A stretch of DNA of 4,821 nucleotides from a virus (taxonomy: Duplodnaviria > Heunggongvirae > Uroviricota > Caudoviricetes), in IMG/VR virus record IMGVR_UViG_2706794669_000008. The stretch is one strand, 5' to 3'. Shown in pieces: positions 1 to 4,821 of the stretch. Each line of letters starts with the position of its first letter. The first letter of the stretch is position 1. Below the pieces are notes generated by a model, which searched no databases, was not told where the DNA came from, and saw only the letters and a program-made list of their open reading frames with translations. A program made the translations under genes and the position numbers.

Positions 1-83
1 AGGGACAGCTGATAGAAACAGAAGCCACTGGAGCACCTCAAAAACACCATCATACACTAAATCAGTAAGTTGGCAGCATCACC
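1..83 (-). mobile_element. IS1 terminal fragment (IRL end; element body lies left of the window)
   Basis: Positions 1..83 are the exact reverse complement of the first 83 nt of IS1 as I recall it (GGTGATGCTGCCAACTTACTGAT... at 61..83 reversed). The 23-bp terminal inverted repeat ends at 83 and the sequence becomes AT-rich, non-IS DNA from 84. Confidence 0.9.
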
Positions 84-190
84 GAAGTGGTAAAGAAGAT
101 AATAAAGAATAATATTTAGGGTTATAGGTCTTAGCCCATTTTAAATGGAAGGCAGACATGCAGCCATGCATACTTCGCATGGCAACATAA

Positions 191-532
191 TTATTTAGAC
201 AAACTATCTAATTTTTGCGTCGCTTTTTGTGTTAGGTCGCTGTAACTGATAAACCCTACGTTAGNNNNNNNNNNNNNNNNNNNNNNNNNNNNNNNNNNNN
301 NNNNNNNNNNNNNNNNNNNNNNNNNNNNNNNNNNNNNNNNNNNNNNNNNNNNNNNNNNNNNNNNNNNNNNNNNNNNNNNNNNNNNNNNNNNNNNNNNNNN
401 NNNNNNNNNNNNNNNNNNNNNNNNNNNNNNNNNNNNNNNNNNNNNNNNNNNNNNNNNNNNNNNNNNNNNNNNNNNNNNNNNNNNNNNNNNNNNNNNGCAA
501 ATAATCAGACACCGTTTTTCCATCAGTTTCAA
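191..532 (-). CDS. hypothetical protein, mostly N-masked; boundaries and frame continuity uncertain
   Basis: Readable N-terminus MKLMEKRCLIIC (TTG at 532, first ATG at 523) and C-terminus ...NVGFISYSDLTQKATQKLDSLSK with TAA stop at 191..193. The interior 265..496 is N. Same strand as, and about 60-70 nt downstream of, the 595..972 ORF. No convincing Shine-Dalgarno. Whether the two readable ends belong to one ORF cannot be verified. Confidence 0.3.
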   Translation of the reverse strand: MKLMEKRCLIICXXXXXXXXXXXXXXXXXXXXXXXXXXXXXXXXXXXXXXXXXXXXXXXXXXXXXXXXXXXXXXXXXXXXXXXXXXXXXXNVGFISYSDLTQKATQKLDSLSK

Positions 533-594
533 GAAGAATTACTAGATCTCTTACTTCACCACTGACTTGAGTGCATCCTTAGTAGTAATGTTAA

Positions 595-972
595 TCATTT
601 TTTCCCTCCAAATACGATGCCCTCTACGTCTTTGGAAGCTTTTTGTGATGACCACTCCTCTGAATCAGGTGATTTAATTAAAAATATTGTATCTCCATCA
701 AAAATCGTATTTGTTCCGTAAAAATTCACATTTGATAGATCACCACCAAAAACCCTCTGCCCACTCGAGGTAATTGCCTCACCTAATTTAGTAAAATTAC
801 CAGCAATAGATGATTTTCTTTTTCCACTTCTATTCAAAGTGGCTTTAATTACACCACCACCATCCTTAGAGTTAAATAATTGAATGTCCACTCCAGCAGT
901 TGGTTGTATATATTTTGAAAGCTCTTTCTTGAACTTGTTAATATATTTATCTTTGTTTTCTTTGTTGGTCAT
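595..972 (-). CDS. hypothetical protein, 125 aa, Lys/Gly/Ser-rich, no recognisable domain
   Basis: Uninterrupted 375-nt ORF in roughly 30-35% GC DNA, where stop codons are frequent, so a chance ORF is unlikely. Single ATG at 972, TGA stop at 595..597. No signal peptide or hydrophobic segment, no Cys or His. Weak ribosome-binding site. Confidence 0.55.
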   Translation of the reverse strand: MTNKENKDKYINKFKKELSKYIQPTAGVDIQLFNSKDGGGVIKATLNRSGKRKSSIAGNFTKLGEAITSSGQRVFGGDLSNVNFYGTNTIFDGDTIFLIKSPDSEEWSSQKASKDVEGIVFGGKK

Positions 973-1006
973 TGGTTAGATCCATAGTTCTGGCTGTGAT
1001 TAGGTG

Positions 1007-1012
1007 AAAGTA
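1007..1012 (-). promoter_or_regulatory. candidate sigma70 -10 hexamer (TATACT) for the 595..972 gene
   Basis: Minus-strand TATACT lies about 35 nt upstream of the ATG at 972, with a TG dinucleotide immediately 5' of it. No good -35 match. Judged by eye only. Confidence 0.2.
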
Positions 1013-1125
1013 TACAAGGTTTTTAAAGCGAAGATCACTGTTTTGGCTTCAAGATAGTTTTGATTTATCGTAATCAATCCGCCATAATCCTCTCATCGGA
1101 GCCTGAACAACTCCGGTGACTTCTG

Positions 1126-1149
1126 CGCATTTAAGGGGACTTAAATGCG
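1126..1149 (+). promoter_or_regulatory. perfect 10-bp stem / GGGA tetraloop hairpin overlapping the RBS and start codon of the ylcH-like ORF
   Basis: CGCATTTAAG (1126..1135), GGGA loop (1136..1139), CTTAAATGCG (1140..1149). The 3' arm contains the ATG at 1145..1147 and the loop contains the GGGGA Shine-Dalgarno-like sequence. No U-tract follows, so it is not an intrinsic terminator. Confidence 0.4.
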
Positions 1150-1240
1150 ACCACAATCTGAACTCATCACCTTGTCACAGATGCAGAAATGCACCTGCGA
1201 TTTTCTGCATTCTGCGGTTTCCGTTAGGGAGGCCGTATGA
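1145..1240 (+). CDS. ylcH: small ORF (31 aa, MRPQSELITLSQMQKCTCDFLHSAVSVREAV), ylcH-like position immediately upstream of ybcN
   Basis: ATG at 1145 preceded by AAGGGGA with 5-nt spacing. TGA stop at 1238..1240 overlaps the ybcN ATG (ATGA), the same coupling pattern as the downstream genes. Size and position match the DLP12 small gene ylcH; sequence identity is unverified. Confidence 0.4.
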   Translation: MRPQSELITLSQMQKCTCDFLHSAVSVREAV

Positions 1241-1692
1241 CTCTGCCAGTAGACGGCATCAAACTCCATCGCGGTAACTTCGCGGCCATCGGCCAGCAGA
1301 TTCAGCCATTGCTGGATGCCGGGCAATGCTTACGCCTGCAGGTTAAGCCGTGGCGCGAGAAGCGCAGCCTGTCGCAGAACGCGCTCAGCCACATGTGGTA
1401 CACGGAGATCAGCGAATATCTCATCGCCCGCGGCAAGACCTTCGCTACGCCTGAGTGGGTCAAAGACGCGATGAAGCACACCTATCTCGGCTACGAAAGC
1501 AAAGACCGTGTAGATGTCGTGTCCGGCGAGGTCACCACCGTCCAATCCCTCCGCCATACGTCAGAGCTGGAAACCGGCGAGATGTACATCTTCCTGTGCA
1601 AAGTCGAAGCCTGGGCGATGAATATCGGCTGCCACCTGACAATTCCGCAGAGCTGTGAATACCAGCAGCTGCGCGATAAGCAGGAGGCGTAA
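1237..1692 (+). CDS. ybcN: NinB/Orf-family recombination protein (DLP12 YbcN-like), 151 aa
   Basis: Full-length ORF with GGGAGG Shine-Dalgarno 5 nt upstream of the ATG. Protein is near-identical to my recollection of E. coli YbcN and shares the RSLSQN... motif with lambda NinB/Orf. Confidence 0.9.
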   Translation: MTLPVDGIKLHRGNFAAIGQQIQPLLDAGQCLRLQVKPWREKRSLSQNALSHMWYTEISEYLIARGKTFATPEWVKDAMKHTYLGYESKDRVDVVSGEVTTVQSLRHTSELETGEMYIFLCKVEAWAMNIGCHLTIPQSCEYQQLRDKQEA

Positions 1693-1862
1693 TGGCTACA
1701 CCGCTTATTCGTGTCATGAACGGGCACATCTACAGAGTATCAAATCGTCGTAAGCGTAAGCCTGAGCTGAAGCCATCCGAAATACCAACACTGCTCGGAT
1801 ATACCGCTAGCCTGGTTGATAAAAAATGGTTGCGACTGGCAGCAAGGAGGAATCATGGCTGA
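1692..1862 (+). CDS. ninE: NinE-family protein, 56 aa ([56 protein letters not shown])
   Basis: Hand-translated; it falls below the supplied ORF track. ATG overlaps the ybcN stop (TAATG at 1690..1694) and the TGA at 1860..1862 overlaps the ybcO start. Basic small protein at the conserved ninE position. Confidence 0.75.
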   Translation: MATPLIRVMNGHIYRVSNRRKRKPELKPSEIPTLLGYTASLVDKKWLRLAARRNHG

Positions 1863-2145
1863 TTTGAGAAAAGCAGCGCGTGGTCGGGAATGCCAGGTAA
1901 GAATCCCTGGCGTATGTAATGGCAATCCTGAAACGTCAGTACTGGCACATATCCGGCTGGCTGGATTGTGCGGTACCGGTATCAAACCGCCAGACCTGAT
2001 TGCCACCATTGCATGTTCTGCCTGTCACGACGAAATCGACCGCCGCACATATTTTGTCGATGCTGAGTATGCAAAAGAATGCGCGCTGGAAGGTATGGCG
2101 AGAACGCAGGTTATCTGGCTGAAAGAGGGGGTTATTAAGGCGTGA
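1855..2145 (+). CDS. ybcO: YbcO-family protein (DUF1364, putative nuclease; four Cys residues), 96 aa
   Basis: ATG at 1855 with AAGGAGG at 1844..1850. Sequence [23 protein letters not shown]... matches my recollection of DLP12 YbcO. The track ORF starting at 1816 is an upstream in-frame extension without an RBS. Confidence 0.85.
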   Translation: MADLRKAARGRECQVRIPGVCNGNPETSVLAHIRLAGLCGTGIKPPDLIATIACSACHDEIDRRTYFVDAEYAKECALEGMARTQVIWLKEGVIKA

Positions 2146-2459
2146 ATACCTACAGCATCACATTACCCTGGCCTCCGAGCAATAACCGCTATTACCGCCA
2201 TAATCGCGGGCGCACACACATCAGCGCAGAAGGGCAGNNNNNNNNNNNNNNNNNNNNNNNNNNNNNNNNNNNNNNNNNNNNNNNNNNNNNNNNNNNNNNN
2301 NNNNNNNNNNNNNNNNNNNNNNNNNNNNNNNNNNNNNNNNNNNNNNNNNNNNNNNNNNNNNNNNNNNNNNNNNNNNNNNNNNNNNNNNNNNNNNNNNNNN
2401 NNNNNNNNNNNNNNNNNNNNNNNNNNNNNNNNACCATCACCGAAATGGGGAATGAATGA
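2142..2459 (+). CDS. rusA: RusA Holliday-junction resolvase (interior masked by N at 2238..2432)
   Basis: N-terminus [32 protein letters not shown] and C-terminus TITEMGNE match RusA. GTG start overlaps the ybcO stop (GTGA). The readable ORF is 105 aa, shorter than the roughly 120 aa I recall, so the masked length may not be the true length. Confidence 0.85.
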   Translation: MNTYSITLPWPPSNNRYYRHNRGRTHISAEGQXXXXXXXXXXXXXXXXXXXXXXXXXXXXXXXXXXXXXXXXXXXXXXXXXXXXXXXXXXXXXXXXXTITEMGNE

Positions 2460-2596
2460 TGTTTGAGTTTTATATGGCAGAACTTCTTCGCCACCGCTGG
2501 GGGCATCTGCGCTTATATCGTTTCCCCGGTTCTGTTTTGACCGATTACCGAATACTGAAGAATTACGCCAAAACCCTGACAGGAGCAGGAGTATGA
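2456..2596 (+). CDS. ylcG: small protein YlcG-like, 46 aa ([46 protein letters not shown])
   Basis: Hand-translated. ATG at 2456 overlaps the rusA TGA stop (ATGA); own TGA stop at 2594..2596. Conserved position between rusA and Q in DLP12-type prophages. Confidence 0.6.
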   Translation: MMFEFYMAELLRHRWGHLRLYRFPGSVLTDYRILKNYAKTLTGAGV

Positions 2597-2681
2597 AGTC
2601 AGAGATAACAATCAACTAATACTGTTTTGTTGATTTTTGCTTGTAATTGGCGTTCTGGTCTGATTTTTGTGGAGTAAGTTG

Positions 2682-3065
2682 ATGCGTGATATTCAGATGG
2701 TTCTTGAGCGTTGGGGAGCGTGGGCGGCTAATAATCATGAAGATGTGACCTGGTCGTCCATTGCCGCCGGTTTTAAGGGATTAATTACTTCAAAAGTAAA
2801 ATCTCGCCCGCAATGTTGTGACGATGACGCGATGATTATTTGCGGGTGCATGGCCCGTCTGAAAAAGAACAACAGCGATTTGCACGATTTATTAGTAGAT
2901 TATTATGTAGTCGGTATGACATTCATGTCACTGGCAGGTAAGCATTGCTGCTCTGATGGTTATATCGGGAAAAGGTTACAGAAGGCTGAGGGCATAATTG
3001 AAGGGATGTTAATGGCATTAGATATCCGGTTAGAGATGGATATCGTTGTTAATAACTCTAATTAA
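2682..3065 (+). CDS. quuD: late-gene antitermination protein Q (QuuD-like), 127 aa
   Basis: ATG at 2682 with GGAG at 2671..2674. Sequence [22 protein letters not shown]...[18 protein letters not shown]... matches my recollection of DLP12 QuuD, including the Cys-rich motif. The track start at 2667 is a TTG extension. TAA stop at 3063..3065. Confidence 0.85.
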   Translation: MRDIQMVLERWGAWAANNHEDVTWSSIAAGFKGLITSKVKSRPQCCDDDAMIICGCMARLKKNNSDLHDLLVDYYVVGMTFMSLAGKHCCSDGYIGKRLQKAEGIIEGMLMALDIRLEMDIVVNNSN

Positions 3066-3080
3066 TATGCCAATTGTTTA

Positions 3081-3117
3081 CTAAAAATTATTAAAAATGG
3101 GGCGTTGCAACGCCCCC
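3081..3117 (-). terminator. intrinsic terminator for leftward transcripts (nmpC and IpeX)
   Basis: Perfect 18-nt GC-rich palindrome GGGGCGTTGCAACGCCCC at 3099..3116. On the minus strand it is followed by ATTTTTAATAATTTTT (complement of 3081..3098). On the plus strand it is followed by A-rich sequence, so it is unidirectional. Confidence 0.55.
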
Positions 3118-3257
3118 AAAAATAAAGGGTAATATATAACAGAAGGTTTATATAGTTAGAAGCAAGGTTGTGCTCCTAAAGGAAGTGGCTTGAGGGAGCC
3201 ACTTATATGTTGGGGAGGCAAAGCCTCCCGCAACATATCTTTTAGTAATCAAATTAG
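3090..3257 (-). ncRNA. ipeX: candidate IpeX-like sRNA region (3' end / downstream of nmpC)
   Basis: From memory, IpeX is a roughly 167-nt sRNA overlapping the 3' end and downstream region of nmpC in DLP12, on the same strand. Here the distance from the nmpC stop (3254) to the minus-strand terminator U-tract (about 3090) is about 165 nt and the region is highly structured. Ends are not mapped. Confidence 0.4.
3183..3243 (+). terminator. candidate terminator for rightward transcripts (tR'-like), tandem hairpins plus CTTTT
   Basis: Hairpin A: AAGTGGCT / AGCCACTT (3183..3204, loop TGAGGG). Hairpin B: ATATGTTGGGGAGGC-AAA-GCCTCCCGCAACATAT (3205..3238, one bulged G), followed by CTTTT at 3239..3243. 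Sits between Q and the convergent porin gene. Confidence 0.35.
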
Positions 3258-4336
3258 AACTGGTAAACCATACCTACAGCAACGATATCATCGGTAGCAA
3301 CGCCAGATGCTTTCGTGAAATCGCTCTTATCAATCAGGTTGATTTTGTAATCAACAAAAGTGGACATATTTTTGTTGAAGTAATAGGTTGCACCTACATC
3401 AATATATTCAACCAGGTCCTGATCACCCCACGCACCCAAGTCTTTTCCTTTAGATTGCAGGTAAGCAACGGACGGACGCAGACCGAAGTCGAACTGATAT
3501 TGTGCAACTACTTCGAAGTTTTGTGCTTTGTTGGCAATATGGTTATTACCAAAAACAGTCATGTTCTGGGTTTCAGAATAGGTGGTAGCCAGATAGATGT
3601 TGTTCGCATCATATTTCAGACCAGCTGCCCATACTTCAGCATTTTGACCAGATGCATTCAGGCTGTTGTTACCGTAGATAACCTGATTATTAGTGCGGTC
3701 AGATTTAGCATAGGTTGCACCTACACCGAATCCTTCATACTCATAAGTAGTGGAGAAACCGAAACCATCACCATTAGCTTCAGTTACGTCAGTGCGGTCA
3801 TTTTTACCCTGATACTGAGCAGCAAAGTTCAGACCATCAACCAGACCAAAGAAGTCGTTGTTACGATAAGTTGCAACACCAGTGGTGCGACCAGTCATGA
3901 ACACATCTGTTTGAGTCCAAGTGTCACCACCGAATTCTGGCAGGACGTCAGTCCACGCACCGATGTCGTATGCTACACCGTAGTTACGGCCGTAATCGAT
4001 GGAGCCGTAGTCACCGAATTTCAGGCCAGCGAAGGCAAGACGGGTTTTATCTTTGGAGGAACCTTGAGATTCAGCGCGGTTGCCTTTGAATTCATATTCC
4101 CACTGACCGAAACCAGTCAGTTGATCGTTGATTTGGGTTTCACCTTTGAAGCCAAGACGGGCATAAGTAGTATCACCATCATCTGCATCATTAGAGGAGA
4201 AGTAGTGCTTAGCATTAACTTTCCCGTACAGATCCAGCTTGTTACTGTCTTTATTATAAATTTCAGCTGCCTGAGCAGACATCGCCATCAGTACTGATGC
4301 AGCTACAGCAGAAATTGCCACTGTTAATTTTTTCAT
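3254..4336 (-). CDS. nmpC: outer-membrane general porin, NmpC/OmpD family, apparently intact (360 aa precursor)
   Basis: Start chosen at the ATG at 4336 ([23 protein letters not shown] signal peptide, then [16 protein letters not shown]...). The track start at 4396 adds 20 implausible residues. C-terminal ...VAVGMVYQF ends in the Phe typical of porins. Strong similarity along the whole length to my recollection of OmpC, NmpC and OmpD. TAA stop at 3254..3256. Confidence 0.92.
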   Translation of the reverse strand: MKKLTVAISAVAASVLMAMSAQAAEIYNKDSNKLDLYGKVNAKHYFSSNDADDGDTTYARLGFKGETQINDQLTGFGQWEYEFKGNRAESQGSSKDKTRLAFAGLKFGDYGSIDYGRNYGVAYDIGAWTDVLPEFGGDTWTQTDVFMTGRTTGVATYRNNDFFGLVDGLNFAAQYQGKNDRTDVTEANGDGFGFSTTYEYEGFGVGATYAKSDRTNNQVIYGNNSLNASGQNAEVWAAGLKYDANNIYLATTYSETQNMTVFGNNHIANKAQNFEVVAQYQFDFGLRPSVAYLQSKGKDLGAWGDQDLVEYIDVGATYYFNKNMSTFVDYKINLIDKSDFTKASGVATDDIVAVGMVYQF

Positions 4337-4726
4337 CGTGAGCCCTTTTTTTGAACTATTATTAAAAAATGATGTCATTGCGCGATAAATATTCATCTAA
4401 TCAATGTGATTATTTCAAGATGTAAGTTTTGGTTTCTCGTTTGATTTGTGAAGTAGATCTCTATTTTTATCTGAACTTTTTTCTATCGAATCCTATTCAT
4501 GGCTCTTGACTGAATAAAAATAAATCTATTAGCCAATTTATATTAACGGCTGTTATTTATAAGTGCTCTATAATTTGAAGGTTCAATTTAAACCGGCTAA
4601 AAATAACACTGGAAATTATTTGTTGGTTATTTGTTGGGATTTGCTTATGTATTTGTAGTGGTGTTTTCAATACTCGGTAGCATTCTCGCAAATATCATTT
4701 AGTGGTTTACGTACGTAAAAAATTGG
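4337..4726 (-). promoter_or_regulatory. AT-rich upstream regulatory region of nmpC; promoter not mapped
   Basis: About 390 bp of AT-rich non-coding DNA between the porin start and the IS1 end, the size expected for a porin control region. Contains a perfect tandem repeat (4616..4637) and a 14-bp palindrome (4706..4719). No confident -35/-10 pair identified by eye. Confidence 0.4.
4616..4637. repeat. perfect tandem direct repeat, 2 x 11 bp (TTATTTGTTGG)
   Basis: 4616..4626 and 4627..4637 are identical and adjacent. Confidence 0.8.
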
Positions 4727-4821
4727 GGTAATGACTCCAACTTATTGATAGTGTTTTATGTTCAGATAATGCCCGATGACTTTGTCATGCAGCTCCACCG
4801 ATTTTGAGAACGACAGCGACT
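4727..4821 (-). mobile_element. IS1 terminal fragment (IRR end; element body lies right of the window)
   Basis: GGTAATGACTCCAACTTATTGAT... from 4727 to the window end is the reverse complement of the last roughly 95 nt of IS1 (3' end of insB plus IRR) as I recall it. Same orientation as the left copy. Confidence 0.9.

Noticed and set aside
136-148. Palindrome CCATTT-T-AAATGG and nearby inverted repeat GCCATGC/GCATGGC (163..183) downstream of the minus-strand module
   Set aside because: First has a 1-nt loop, so it cannot form a hairpin. Neither is followed by a U-tract on the minus strand, so they are not convincing intrinsic terminators. Possible protein-binding sites but unsupported.
261-512. 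83-aa minus-strand ORF
   Set aside because: Consists almost entirely of masked N codons (MSDYL plus X residues); not interpretable.
1141-1326. 61-aa minus-strand ORF
   Set aside because: Antisense across the ylcH-like/ybcN junction; no RBS and no recognisable protein.
1330-1729. Several overlapping ORFs (1330..1557 -, 1455..1658 +, 1491..1727 -, 1532..1729 -)
   Set aside because: All overlap ybcN in alternative frames or antisense. ybcN has full-length family similarity and a good RBS; the alternatives are Arg/Ser/Pro-rich frame artefacts.
1816-1854. N-terminal extension of ybcO (MIKNGCDWQQGGI...)
   Set aside because: The downstream ATG at 1855 has a strong AAGGAGG RBS and matches the known YbcO N-terminus; the extension would overlap ninE by about 45 nt.
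1740-2009. 89-aa minus-strand ORF
   Set aside because: Antisense to ninE and ybcO, which are supported by synteny and overlapping-codon coupling.
2163-2615. 150-aa and 104-aa minus-strand ORFs spanning the N-run
   Set aside because: Their length comes from N codons that hide stops; they are antisense to rusA and ylcG.
2593-2619. 8-codon mini-ORF (MKSEITIN) overlapping the ylcG stop
   Set aside because: Too short to support; likely coincidental.
2667-2681. TTG-initiated extension of Q (MWSKL)
   Set aside because: ATG at 2682 with GGAG 7 nt upstream gives the 127-aa Q that matches QuuD.
3455-4297. 280-aa plus-strand ORF
   Set aside because: Lies entirely antisense to the strongly supported porin gene; Cys/Ile/Val-rich translation typical of the reverse frame of a highly expressed gene; no RBS.
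4337-4396. N-terminal extension of the porin ([20 protein letters not shown])
   Set aside because: The canonical porin signal peptide begins at MKK (ATG at 4336); the extension is AT-rich, non-hydrophobic and unlike any porin leader.
1-4821. CRISPR arrays, tRNA or rRNA genes
   Set aside because: No regularly spaced direct repeats and no cloverleaf-like tRNA candidates seen. The only tandem repeat is 2 x 11 bp with no spacer.

Overview
This window is a remnant of a DLP12-like lambdoid prophage (Escherichia/Shigella type) bracketed by two IS1 ends in the same orientation (1..83 and 4727..4821). Between them, left to right: (i) a low-GC, minus-strand module of two ORFs with no recognisable function (595..972 and a largely N-masked ORF at 191..532); (ii) a plus-strand, translationally coupled nin-region operon: a ylcH-like mini-ORF, ybcN (NinB/Orf family), ninE, ybcO, rusA (interior N-masked) and ylcG; (iii) the late antiterminator Q (quuD-like); (iv) a short convergent intergenic region with terminator hairpins on both strands, the expected position of the IpeX sRNA; (v) an apparently intact nmpC/ompD-family porin gene on the minus strand with a long AT-rich upstream region abutting the right IS1. 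No tRNA, rRNA or CRISPR array was seen. The only candidate for something undescribed is the low-GC two-gene module at the left end; I could not assign it a family and half of it is masked. Everything else matches known DLP12-type prophage content. All homology statements are from recall of protein and IS sequences, not from a database search.
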